A stretch of 64,000 nt of DNA from a virus. Its lineage: Duplodnaviria > Caudoviricetes. Where the stretch lies: the IMG/VR virus record IMGVR_UViG_3300048623_000062, positions 17,144 through 81,143 of that record; one strand, 5' to 3'. The notes beneath the pieces are model-generated. The model was given only the letters and a program-made list of their open reading frames with translations. It did no database searches and was not told where the DNA came from. This document shows positions 49,132-57,938 of the stretch, in pieces (position 1 is the first letter of the stretch; each line of letters starts with the position of its first letter). Both the position numbers and the translations under genes were made by a program.

Positions 49132-49452
49132 ATGAGGTGGTTCGTATGGGCGCCGGACGAGAACACGCGCGATGAGGCCGTCGTGTACGACGAGATGTTC
49201 GCATATTCCGCCCCGTTCGATACAACCGGAGATGCCTACCAGGACTGGCTAGAATCAACCGCCGCTCGATACGCTGAGATGTATGCCGAGGTCAAATATT
49301 ACGACGATGGCGCTGATGCCACGCTGACTTCGTACCAAATGAATGTCGCTGCAGTCGGCGACGACGACGTCGAAGTGTCGCTGTTTGAGTTCGTGATCTA
49401 CACGGAATTCGATCCGACGTTCAGCGCCAAGAGGACCAATGTCAAAGAGTGA
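49132..49452 (+). CDS. acidic hypothetical protein
   Basis: ATGA overlap. Confidence 0.55.
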   Translation: MRWFVWAPDENTRDEAVVYDEMFAYSAPFDTTGDAYQDWLESTAARYAEMYAEVKYYDDGADATLTSYQMNVAAVGDDDVEVSLFEFVIYTEFDPTFSAKRTNVKE

Positions 49453-50341
49453 CATCGAGTGGACGGACGAGACTTGGAATCCAACTCGCGGGTGCAAAGT
49501 CTGCTCGCCGGGGTGCGCCAACTGCTACGCGATGCGTGTCGCGAACCGGTTCAGTAGCCCTGGGTTGCCGTACAACGGCCTCGTGACGCTCGCCAAGAAT
49601 CGCCGGCCGATATGGAACGGTGAGAGCATCTTCGATGCGGACATGCTCGCCAAGCCGCTTCATTGGGTGAAGCCGAAGCGGGTGTTCGTCAACTCGATGT
49701 CGGACCTCTACTACGAGGGGTTCAGCTTCGAGCAGATCGCTGCCGTGTACGGCGTGATGGCGGTGTCTCCGCACATCACGTATCAGGTGCTCACGAAGCG
49801 CGCCGCCCGTCGCAACGCGTTTCAAGAGTGGCTACGAACGCGGGGAAAGACGTGCGTCCAGGAAGCGTTTAACCACCTGAATTCGGACAGCAAGGAACGG
49901 TTTGCGGCGTTGGAGTTCAAAACGCGCCGCAGCAGAGCGTGGCCTCTTCCGAACGTATGGGAGGGCGTGAGCGTAGAGAACCAGGCCGCGGCCGACGAGC
50001 GCATCCCTGAACTCCTGGTGTCTGACGCCGCGGTGCGGTTCCTGTCCTGCGAGCCGCTGCTTGGCGAGCTCGACCTCTGGGCGTACCTCCCCGGCGAGTT
50101 GCGGGGCCAATCGTTGACGGTCTTGGGTGTGGAGCGCCAGATGCCGACGGTCGACTGGGTGATCGTCGGCTGCGAGAGCGGCACCGGCCGGCGCCCCTGT
50201 GATGACTTCTGGATCACGCGGATCCGCGACCAGTGCGTCAAGGCCAAGGTCGCGCTGTTCGTCAAGCAGGCGTATCGCGACGGCCTGCTCGAGAGCCTGC
50301 CCGTGGTCGACGGCAAGCGCTGGGCGGAGTTTCCGCGATGA
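49439..50341 (+). CDS. DUF5131 / phage Gp37-Gp68-like protein
   Basis: IEWTDETWNP..GC...SPGCANCYA, FVNSMSDL, LTKR and FLSCEPLL. Confidence 0.85.
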   Translation: MSKSDIEWTDETWNPTRGCKVCSPGCANCYAMRVANRFSSPGLPYNGLVTLAKNRRPIWNGESIFDADMLAKPLHWVKPKRVFVNSMSDLYYEGFSFEQIAAVYGVMAVSPHITYQVLTKRAARRNAFQEWLRTRGKTCVQEAFNHLNSDSKERFAALEFKTRRSRAWPLPNVWEGVSVENQAAADERIPELLVSDAAVRFLSCEPLLGELDLWAYLPGELRGQSLTVLGVERQMPTVDWVIVGCESGTGRRPCDDFWITRIRDQCVKAKVALFVKQAYRDGLLESLPVVDGKRWAEFPR

Positions 50342-50847
50342 CGATGTGCTGCCCGTTGTCCGGCAACGACGGCGACGCACCGAAGGTGCACGACACGGTA
50401 TTCCGAGCGGCTAGGAAGCCTCACCGATGCAGCGAGTGCCGCGAGGAGATTGCCCAGGGGGTGCTACACGAAGTGGTTCGCGGGCTATGGGGCGACCGAT
50501 GGGACACGTTTCGCACCTGCTTGCCGTGCATGGACATCCGCCACCACTTCGGGTGCAATGGCTGGGTCTACGGGCAACTCTGGGACGAGCTTGAGGAGAA
50601 CTTCTTTCCGGACATGAAGGTCGGCGGCCCATGTATGGCCGGCCTGTCGCCGCGAGGGAAGCAAAAACTAATCGACGCCCGCCTGGAGTGGGTCCTCGCT
50701 CACGACGAGTGGGAGCCAGAGGGGTTCGCGCTGCCGCCGCAGTACCAGCCGCAGAAACCGCGGCGTGAACGTATCGACACCAGGACGCGGATCGCCGAGT
50801 TCGGGGAGAACGTTTTGCCTCCGATGTACCCGGACTACGACGAATGA
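50338..50847 (+). CDS. Cys-rich hypothetical protein
   Basis: HRCSEC...CLPC. Confidence 0.6.
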   Translation: MTMCCPLSGNDGDAPKVHDTVFRAARKPHRCSECREEIAQGVLHEVVRGLWGDRWDTFRTCLPCMDIRHHFGCNGWVYGQLWDELEENFFPDMKVGGPCMAGLSPRGKQKLIDARLEWVLAHDEWEPEGFALPPQYQPQKPRRERIDTRTRIAEFGENVLPPMYPDYDE

Positions 50848-51206
50848 AGCGCACCCCGCTCAAGCGCACGAGCGCGCTCCGACAAAAGGCATGGCTGCGG
50901 CCACGCGGTAAGTCGGGGTACGCCGCGCGCCCGCGGGACCTCGACTATATGGACTGGATACGTAGCCAGCCGTGCGCCGCCGGTGAATTTGCGGCGCCAT
51001 GCAGTGGCAGGATTGAAGCCGATCACGTGGGCCGTCGACCGATCGGCCGCAAAGCCCCTGACGACACGTGCGTTCCGATGTGCCAGCATCATCATCGTCA
51101 ACGCGACAACTTCCACGGGCCGTTCAAGCACTGGGACCAGCAGAAGATGCGCGAGTGGCTCGCATCGCTTGTCGTCAAGTACCAGGAGATGTATGCAAAT
51201 CGATGA
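50844..51206 (+). CDS. DUF968-like His-Me finger protein
   Basis: YMDWIRSQPC...C...H...VPMC..HH. Confidence 0.7.
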   Translation: MKRTPLKRTSALRQKAWLRPRGKSGYAARPRDLDYMDWIRSQPCAAGEFAAPCSGRIEADHVGRRPIGRKAPDDTCVPMCQHHHRQRDNFHGPFKHWDQQKMREWLASLVVKYQEMYANR

Positions 51207-51477
51207 TCAGATCAAGGCGCTCCGCGCCCACGGTCACAGTTGCAAGGTCTGCGGGGCTTCCGGGGGGCCGTGGGAGCCGTCAAATGACAGGAACCGCTGC
51301 CGCAACTGCTACCGCACATTCCCTCACAGCGAGGGATGTACTGCCGCAGCATGCATCCTCGCCGACCTGCTGGTCGAGCTCAAGATCAAGCTGACCGAGC
51401 GCTACGGCGACGACCACCTTGGTCGTGATCGTGCGCTGGCCGAGGCGCAGGAGATCTTGAACGCGGTCAGGCTATGA
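51193..51477 (+). CDS. zinc-binding small protein
   Basis: CKVC and CRNC. Confidence 0.55.
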   Translation: MQIDDQIKALRAHGHSCKVCGASGGPWEPSNDRNRCRNCYRTFPHSEGCTAAACILADLLVELKIKLTERYGDDHLGRDRALAEAQEILNAVRL

Positions 51478-52172
51478 AGCGACTGCCCATCGCGATGACG
51501 CTCAAGGAGGCCGAGGCGATCGCGGGGCGACTCGGCCATCCCAGCAAGATGCCGGGCTACTCCTACGGCATCAGCGCTCAGAAGTGCATCACGGGCAGCA
51601 AGCTTCGCCAGATCCCAGGGTCGGTATGTCGGTCGTGCTATGCGATGACCGACTGGTACCGCTCCTGGAAGCCGCTTCTACAGGGGCATCAGCGCCGGTG
51701 GAACGGACTGCGCCATCCCAGATGGGTGGACGCCATGGTCACGATGATCGCGATGAAGTGCTCGCCGCCGAACAACTACTTTCGCTGGCACGACTCCGGC
51801 GACCTTCAGGGTGTGTGGCACCTCGAGAACATCGCCGCCGTCTGCGATCGCACGCCGGACGTCAAGCACTGGCTGCCGACCCGTGAGGTTCCGTTCGTGC
51901 AGCAGTTCCTTGCCACTGGCAAGGTGCCGATCAACCTCGTGATCCGGCTGTCAGCGATGATGGTCGACACCGAGCCCGTGCTACCGGCCGACCTCGCAGG
52001 GTTCCCGACCTCGGCCGTCTCGAGCGTGCCGGAAAGCTCGAGTAAGTTCCGGCTCGTGGAAGGCAAGGGGTCGATCGAGTGCCGCGCGGTCGAGACCCGA
52101 GATAACAGGTGCGGCGACTGCCGGGCGTGCTGGGATGCCCGGGTGACGAACGTGACTTACCCGCAGCACTGA
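51474..52172 (+). CDS. phage gp88-like protein
   Basis: SKMPGYS, C...C..CYA, FRWHDSGD, HWLPTRE and C.DCRACW. Confidence 0.75.
   Translation: MKRLPIAMTLKEAEAIAGRLGHPSKMPGYSYGISAQKCITGSKLRQIPGSVCRSCYAMTDWYRSWKPLLQGHQRRWNGLRHPRWVDAMVTMIAMKCSPPNNYFRWHDSGDLQGVWHLENIAAVCDRTPDVKHWLPTREVPFVQQFLATGKVPINLVIRLSAMMVDTEPVLPADLAGFPTSAVSSVPESSSKFRLVEGKGSIECRAVETRDNRCGDCRACWDARVTNVTYPQH
51910..51922. promoter_or_regulatory. palindromic operator copy 9 (intragenic)
   Basis: Extends to a 17-bp palindrome. Confidence 0.75.
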
Positions 52173-52179
52173 GGGAATC

Positions 52180-52683
52180 ATGAGCAACCCATTCGACGAC
52201 ATCCTCAAGAATGAACCGGAGTACGAGGCCCACCCCGCATGGAGTGCGTTTCGCCGTGACATGGAGACTCGGAGCCGATTCGCCGCGGCCCTATTCGGTG
52301 TCAGGGAGTTCACCGCCGACGGACTCAGAGGCGCGTGGTACGACTTCCGCAACGGGTGGGATGCAATGAGCGCCGAGGTGCGCCGATATTTTGCCGCCGA
52401 GGACGCCCCCGCGAAGTCTCGCTCTCGGAGCGAGGGGTCGGCGTGGCTATCCAGGTGCGCGGAGGCGGAGCGCACGCTTCGCGCACTCGTCGGCGCCAAG
52501 AGCCGGGACGCGCTCGCCGATATCCCAGAGCTTGCGGCCCTCGCCGCTCGGCTCGAGGCCCAGAACAAGCTACTGATCGAGTTCGCTCACGTGATCAACT
52601 ATCTCGGCTGCGGGACCGTGTCTGGCGTCTGCCCGTCATGCAAGGCTTCGGAGATACTGAAGCAGATCTCCGCGGTCACTTAG
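52180..52683 (+). CDS. hypothetical protein
   Basis: GAGGG SD. Confidence 0.6.
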   Translation: MSNPFDDILKNEPEYEAHPAWSAFRRDMETRSRFAAALFGVREFTADGLRGAWYDFRNGWDAMSAEVRRYFAAEDAPAKSRSRSEGSAWLSRCAEAERTLRALVGAKSRDALADIPELAALAARLEAQNKLLIEFAHVINYLGCGTVSGVCPSCKASEILKQISAVT

Positions 52684-52705
52684 CCGTCACACCCCCGATC
52701 TATCA

Positions 52706-52913
52706 ATGGTGGATGGCAGACACCCCGCTGACCATCACCCCAACATGCGACCACTGCGAGCAGGGACCACACGCGCCGAACGGCGTCATGCTCGAGATGG
52801 CGCCCGGCCTGGACGGCATCCCGTGGTACCTGTGTCCAAAGTGTTGGTTCGAGGGTCTTCACCCGAACAGCATGCGGACGCTCGGTGTAGTCGAGGGCAG
52901 CGCCAAGCCCTAA
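52706..52913 (+). CDS. small zinc-finger protein
   Basis: CDHC...CPKC. Confidence 0.5.
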
Positions 52914-52981
52914 CCTGGCGACCTAGTCCGCACAGCCCTTGAGCCTTGCGGAACGACCAGCAATCTGGGTACCCTACGCTC

Positions 52982-53581
52982 ATGGCGCGACTCCGTCACC
53001 GGCGGTACCGAAGGAACCCAAGTAGCGGCAGCGCGCCCAAGCGCAACCCGCCGATGATGACGGACCTGGTGGAGTTCATCGGTCCGGGCTTCGCGAGCTT
53101 CGCCGTGACGCGCTTCGCGACACGCCTGGCTGCGCAGCAGTTGGGAGCGCGCAAGCCGTCCTGGGGAAAGCATGCGGGTGCGCTGGTGTCGGCTGGCGCG
53201 TTTCTGAGCGCGTGGTTCCTGGCGCATCGGTGGAAGTGGCTGGAGCGCTGGCACACGCCGATCGTCGTCGGCTCCGCGATCGCGGCGATTCAGTCGATCG
53301 TGCAACTCTACATCCCCCGCATTGGGTGGATGCTCGACGCAGTCCCCGAGGAGATCACGGCGCCGCCGCAGACGGCTGGCGAGCTCGCGGCGACGCAACT
53401 CTCGAAGCTCGGCCTGCGGGCCGTGGACGAGGACCCCAACGAGTACACGTACAATGACGAGTACGACCCCGGGCTCTACTCGAAGCCACAGCAGCCTCCG
53501 GGCGTACAGGCGGACGTGTCCGATCTCGCAATGGACGACGCGGTCGGCCAGAGCGGCAATCTCGGGGTGTTCCAAAACTAG
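52982..53581 (+). CDS. RRNP-motif membrane protein, related in architecture to the core protein
   Basis: RHRRYRRNP...KRNP, hydrophobic helices, acidic tail. Confidence 0.7.
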   Translation: MARLRHRRYRRNPSSGSAPKRNPPMMTDLVEFIGPGFASFAVTRFATRLAAQQLGARKPSWGKHAGALVSAGAFLSAWFLAHRWKWLERWHTPIVVGSAIAAIQSIVQLYIPRIGWMLDAVPEEITAPPQTAGELAATQLSKLGLRAVDEDPNEYTYNDEYDPGLYSKPQQPPGVQADVSDLAMDDAVGQSGNLGVFQN

Positions 53582-53670
53582 CCCGGCGGTCTGCTGGCCG
53601 GGACGACGCAGGGCGCTCGCCTTTGCGTGCGCCCTGCCGACGACGGCTGAGCCGGGACGAGGAGAATCGG

Positions 53671-54021
53671 ATGTCTTACTTTCGACGACCACAACGAGCG
53701 CTCTCCGGCGGTCCGCCGGCCTGGTACCGTGCCATGGGAGGCGTCTCAAGTATGCCGCCGCGGCGCAAGTTGCCGCAGGTCCAGTCGCTCGGATCCCTCG
53801 GTGACGCGCCGTCGGATCCGACCACGCTCTCCACGCCCACGGTCACCGACCCGACCACTGCGTGGCAGGCGGAGGTTTTGCTCAACCTGCAGGCGGGCGT
53901 GAAGACCCTGCAGATGGCCGAGATGCAGAAGTGGCTCCAGATCGCCGCGACGCTGGCCATCCCGCTGTCAGCGGCGGTGTGGAAGGCGATCTTCCGCCGC
54001 GGCGCAGACATCACGTCGTAA
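53671..54021 (+). CDS. leader-bearing virion-like protein
   Basis: MSYFRRPQRALSGG...SLGD; C-terminal hydrophobic helix + RR. Confidence 0.7.
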   Translation: MSYFRRPQRALSGGPPAWYRAMGGVSSMPPRRKLPQVQSLGSLGDAPSDPTTLSTPTVTDPTTAWQAEVLLNLQAGVKTLQMAEMQKWLQIAATLAIPLSAAVWKAIFRRGADITS

Positions 54022-54025
54022 GCGG

Positions 54026-54080
54026 CCAGCGGCTTTTGTCGCTGGACAAGGGGTAGCCAGCGACTTTTCCGTCGCTGGAC
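54026..54080 (+). CRISPR. two tandem stem-loop-AC units (CCAGCG.C-loop-GTCGCTGG-AC)
   Basis: Homologous to the 57239-57264 minus-strand unit. Confidence 0.5.
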
Positions 54081-54197
54081 TGGAAGATCGGTTATGGCCT
54101 GCGCAATTTGCGCAAGTCCTGCCCGGCGGAGGATTGCCGGAGACTCCACGATAGCGTCGTATGGTGCACAGAGCGGTGAATGTGTACGCTCCGTTCC

Positions 54198-54590
54198 ATG
54201 CGCTATCCAGACGCGATCGCGAACCTGCACGCCTTCATCAAGACGGCGCGTGAGTGCTCGAGGGAGTGGACGATCACGCGTGACCTCGTGATGAGCGTCG
54301 AGCTCGACCTGTCAGCGCTCGCTGCGCCGGTGGTCACCGCGCGCCACTCGGCGAGGCAGCGAACGGTGGCCGGGCAGATGCTCGTCGTGACGTTCCATCG
54401 GTTCTACGGAACGGGCGTGTACTCGTGGCCAGACGCGCTCGAGTGCACGCGGCTGTCGTCGGCTGAGAAGGAACTCGTGGAGAGCCGACGCAGGGACCTG
54501 CACGCGTGGTCGTCGAACGAGATCGACGACCTGCCGCCCAGCACCACGACGCGTGTGGCGGATCTGCGTTCCGGCCGCTGCACCGGGTGA
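54198..54590 (+). CDS. hypothetical protein
   Basis: Start MRYPD inferred. Confidence 0.55.
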   Translation: MRYPDAIANLHAFIKTARECSREWTITRDLVMSVELDLSALAAPVVTARHSARQRTVAGQMLVVTFHRFYGTGVYSWPDALECTRLSSAEKELVESRRRDLHAWSSNEIDDLPPSTTTRVADLRSGRCTG

Positions 54591-54605
54591 GGTATCATCC
54601 GCGCC

Positions 54606-55406
54606 ATGCCCAAGCCAAAGCAGCCGCTGGATCAGACCGTTCCATATCGCGTCCGGGATCGCTTCGTCGAAGGCGAGCCCATGAAGGTGTGGGGCGAGGA
54701 CCTCTCCTACGACGACGCCATCCGGCTCAAAGAGAAGGTGGTCGCGTCCAAGCAGAGTCGCACCGCGCGCCTCGAGCCGATGAGCGTGCCGCGACCGGAC
54801 ACCGGGATCGTGATCGACACCGCAGCGCTGGCGGAGGCGTTCTCCGGCGACTCCGGCGACTCCGGCGGGTCCGGGGTCAAGACGGTGTTCAGCATCGAAG
54901 GATACGACCCGATCGTGGCGCCGGCGAACGGCCTGGTGGTGAAGGTTCCCCTGGGGGGCGAACTCCTGGTGAATGACCAGGTGGTGCCCATTCCTGCTTC
55001 CGTGCAGGCAGGCGACCGCGTTCAGTGTCGGCCGCTCGACCCCGAGCTCGCCGCCGCCCGCGAACGCGCCCTCGCGGCGGCCCGGCCGGTCGCACAGGCC
55101 CGCAATGCCGGGCGCGCAGCCTACAGGGACCGCACGGTCAAGCAGCCGGCGCCCCGCACGGGGCCGGTGCCCCGCGATAAGACGGTCAGCAAGCAGCCGG
55201 TACACGTTCGGCTCGACCAGCCGATCGTCGGCGCGGCCAAGCCACTGGCAAGCCCGCTCAAGGTGGCGACGATGCCGATCGGCGAGCAGTTGCCCGATGA
55301 CGCGCTGTACGACGAGGATCTGAGCGATCTCGTGGCGAACGTCGGCGGGTCCGAGTCCGACGACGACATGGCCCACGCGAAGCGCGTGCGGGACCAGCAG
55401 GGGTGA
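54606..55406 (+). CDS. hypothetical protein
   Basis: ORF track. Confidence 0.65.
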   Translation: MPKPKQPLDQTVPYRVRDRFVEGEPMKVWGEDLSYDDAIRLKEKVVASKQSRTARLEPMSVPRPDTGIVIDTAALAEAFSGDSGDSGGSGVKTVFSIEGYDPIVAPANGLVVKVPLGGELLVNDQVVPIPASVQAGDRVQCRPLDPELAAARERALAAARPVAQARNAGRAAYRDRTVKQPAPRTGPVPRDKTVSKQPVHVRLDQPIVGAAKPLASPLKVATMPIGEQLPDDALYDEDLSDLVANVGGSESDDDMAHAKRVRDQQG

Positions 55407-55552
55407 CTGTGGGCGAGCCTATTCTCGCTGGGCCGCTACGTCGAGGCGCGCGGAAATCGATGGACGACGTGGGTCGTCGACGCGTAGATTGAACGCCTTC
55501 GGTAACTCGACGCCGTATTCGATCGAGGCGGGACGCTGGTCGGATCGCGACA

Positions 55553-55641
55553 AGCTCGGCCGCTTCTCAGCCGAGACGACTTTGACACCTGGACGCCAGG
55601 CTCCCTATCGGTCCGGACTGGACGACGCGCTTGGCCTGGAC
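55553..55641 (+). CRISPR. unit AGCTCGGC-loop-GCCGAGAC plus further GAC-ended segments
   Basis: Stem shared with 39886 and 56973; TTGACA follows within the putative spacer. Confidence 0.5.
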
Positions 55642-55688
55642 GACGTTGGCAGTTGCACATCGCCTGCCAGTATGGATAGACTCCGCTC

Positions 55689-56048
55689 ATGGCATTCGGC
55701 GGAACCATCGTTGTCACCCAGATCTCGGATCAGATCGTGCGCATCTCGGGGGCAACCCTGGCCGCCACGACGTCCGGCACCATCGGCCTGTTCGGCGCGA
55801 CCGGCACCGCGCCCGACGTTCGACTCCCCGAGTCGTTCAAGCCACTCCCTTACACGTACAGCGACAATGCGGCGCTGGCGCTGTCGGACTTCATCGAGAT
55901 CACCGCGACCGCAGCGGGGGCGAGCGGACAGACGCTGATCGGTATCGTCAAGACTGGGACGACCGACGCGGCCTGGCGCACGACCGTGCTCAACACGTTC
56001 GGCAGCGCCTCCGGCGTGCTCGACATCTACGTCAAGTACCACACCTGA
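55689..56048 (+). CDS. small beta-rich virion-like protein
   Basis: Thr/Gly/Ala-rich strands ending LDIYVKYH. Confidence 0.65.
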   Translation: MAFGGTIVVTQISDQIVRISGATLAATTSGTIGLFGATGTAPDVRLPESFKPLPYTYSDNAALALSDFIEITATAAGASGQTLIGIVKTGTTDAAWRTTVLNTFGSASGVLDIYVKYHT

Positions 56049-56148
56049 TCGGACTTGCGGTCGGCTCGGAATCGACCGCCTCGCTCCGCGTTAACCCGCG
56101 GAGAGTCGACGAGATCGGAGTGCTGTGATAGCCTCCGCACCCGTGAGC

Positions 56149-56574
56149 ATGCGGGTACTTGATGCTGTCTGGGAGCTTGGTTCGCGATTCGCGAACCTCA
56201 ACCTATCCTGGTTCCAAGCGCTCCACGCGGTGGTGCACACGCCGGATCCGGACATGAACCCGTTCGTGATCGCGCACGCGCGGCGCGAACTCGGCGACGA
56301 CTGGGCAGGAGCTGTCTACGAGCGCGCCCGCGCTGAGACGTCCGCCGTCCCCGAGGTCTACATCGATGCGGACCCCACCGAGCCTGGCGAGCCGGGGTGG
56401 CCGTCCGTGGAGACGGTGATCCGCAAGCTGTCGGCGATGCGCGACGCGGACCCGGACATCGGTGCGATGCGGGTGATGTTGGACAAGGGCAATGGCCTGG
56501 TCGAGCTCGACCTCATCAAGGCGGTGGCCACCGGCGCACCCGGCGACGACGGCGTCGTCATCATGTTCCGATGA
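56149..56574 (+). CDS. hypothetical protein
   Basis: Start uncertain. Confidence 0.55.
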   Translation: MRVLDAVWELGSRFANLNLSWFQALHAVVHTPDPDMNPFVIAHARRELGDDWAGAVYERARAETSAVPEVYIDADPTEPGEPGWPSVETVIRKLSAMRDADPDIGAMRVMLDKGNGLVELDLIKAVATGAPGDDGVVIMFR

Positions 56575-56939
56575 TGGTGGACTGGGACACCTTTGTCGTG
56601 GGTATGATCGCTTGCGCCATCGTCCTGGGATGCGTGGTTGCGATCTTCGACATCCGGCGCGACCATCAGGCCATGCTGGTCATTGACGCGCGCAGCGGCA
56701 GGGAGATGCACGTCGGCGACACCGTCCGGTACCCGGGCGGTGAGAGCGTGACGCTGCTCGAGGCGAAGCCGGGCCTGCTCAAGGCCATGGCGAAGCTCCG
56801 GATGGTCCACCTCGACTACGCCGATCCGGAGCTCGAGATCGCGCCGCGGTACGTGACGCGCGAGGATTGGGTGCCGCTGCAGGTCAGGTGGACGCACCCG
56901 AGTTACTTCGGAAAGTGGGTCGGGTTCATCCCGAGTTGA
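56571..56939 (+). CDS. TM-anchored small protein
   Basis: N-terminal TM. Confidence 0.65.
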   Translation: MMVDWDTFVVGMIACAIVLGCVVAIFDIRRDHQAMLVIDARSGREMHVGDTVRYPGGESVTLLEAKPGLLKAMAKLRMVHLDYADPELEIAPRYVTREDWVPLQVRWTHPSYFGKWVGFIPS

Positions 56940-56950
56940 CGAGAATCCTC

Positions 56951-57268
56951 GTCTCGGCAATATGGTGCGCCCGTCCCGGCGCGGAAAGCGGCCGAGCTCG
57001 CGTTCTGTTCACGTCCGAGGTCATCGCGCGCAGTGTTCGGTCATCGCTGCAAAGACGCGATGCTGTCGTTGCCGCGCAGCCTGCGACAGGAATCCATCAG
57101 GTCCATCCGTGAAGCGCAGATGGATGCGCCTTGCGATCAACGCTGCAGTCCGTTCGCGAGGCACGTGATCTCTTGGTCCGTTCCGGATCGAGGGCCGCCC
57201 TCAGCGCGAACGGCTACGCTTGCTCCGCTCCGGCTACAGTCCAGCGATCCAGAGTCGCTGGCTACGCT
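56951..57268 (-). CRISPR. non-canonical array A: 8 GAC-ended units with heterogeneous stems
   Basis: Unit ends at 57239, 57176, 57148, 57101, 57040, 57020, 56973 and 56951. Confidence 0.6.
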
Positions 57269-57660
57269 AGGACGCTCGCGAGCACGTGAAAGTCGCTCTC
57301 GCATGCCCAGAACGAGAGAGCGGCCTTCATGTTCGATGCGCCGGCCATGGGGAGGAGGCCGCGACACAGCCCTGCGATGAGCGCGATCGCCTCCGGCGTG
57401 CGCCCGGTCTCGTCGATGGGCATCACGCCAAACGACGTCGACCACGCCGCCTTGCATCTGACGATCTCCACGCAGGATCGTTGCATGGCGTCGAACCCGA
57501 ACCGTGTGGCGACGTAGGCCATGGCGCCAGCGATCGCCGCCGCGGTGTCGTTCGCGTTGAGCATTCCGATCGGAACTCGGGCGATGAAGCCCGGCGACAC
57601 GGAGGTAGCGAGAGAGCGGACGTCGGGGATGTCGTTCTTCCAGTGGTCGATGGCGGTCAT
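57262..57660 (-). CDS. hypothetical protein between arrays A and B
   Basis: AGGAG SD, ATG 57660. Confidence 0.7.
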   Translation of the reverse strand: MTAIDHWKNDIPDVRSLATSVSPGFIARVPIGMLNANDTAAAIAGAMAYVATRFGFDAMQRSCVEIVRCKAAWSTSFGVMPIDETGRTPEAIALIAGLCRGLLPMAGASNMKAALSFWACESDFHVLASVLA

Positions 57661-57711
57661 CACAAACTCCTGTGGTTGCAGATTGCACACGGTGGCGTAC
57701 CTCGTCAAGTC

Positions 57712-57724
57712 TTGCCAGTGGCAA
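57712..57724. promoter_or_regulatory. palindromic operator copy 10, 3 bp upstream of a TTGACG (-35-like) on the minus strand
   Basis: Minus strand reads CTTGCCACTGGCAAG-AC-TTGACG. Confidence 0.8.
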
Positions 57725-57739
57725 GCCGAGCGGATGCAG

Positions 57740-57938
57740 GTCCCAGGCGTATAAGAACCCTGGGGTGTCGTTGCCATCCCGCTGTCCCGATTACGAGAGA
57801 GCCTCGTTCGGGGCCGGGTCCCGATACTCCGAGTAGTCCATCGGGCTGGACTTTCAACACATGGCCCGGCAGGCAAGGCGCCGGGCGGCCGTCACTGGCA
57901 ACCGATCGACTCCCTCGTCCCGACGCTATGATGTCGGG
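57740..57938 (-). CRISPR. non-canonical array B directly downstream of the Cas12m-like gene
   Basis: Four CCC-stem-GGG-AC units ending at 57917, 57818, 57784 and 57740. Confidence 0.6.

Noticed and set aside
57708-57725. Operator copy 10 read as a Cas12m repeat because AC follows it
   Set aside because: One-base loop, and most other copies lack AC; probably coincidence with the adjacent TTGACG.
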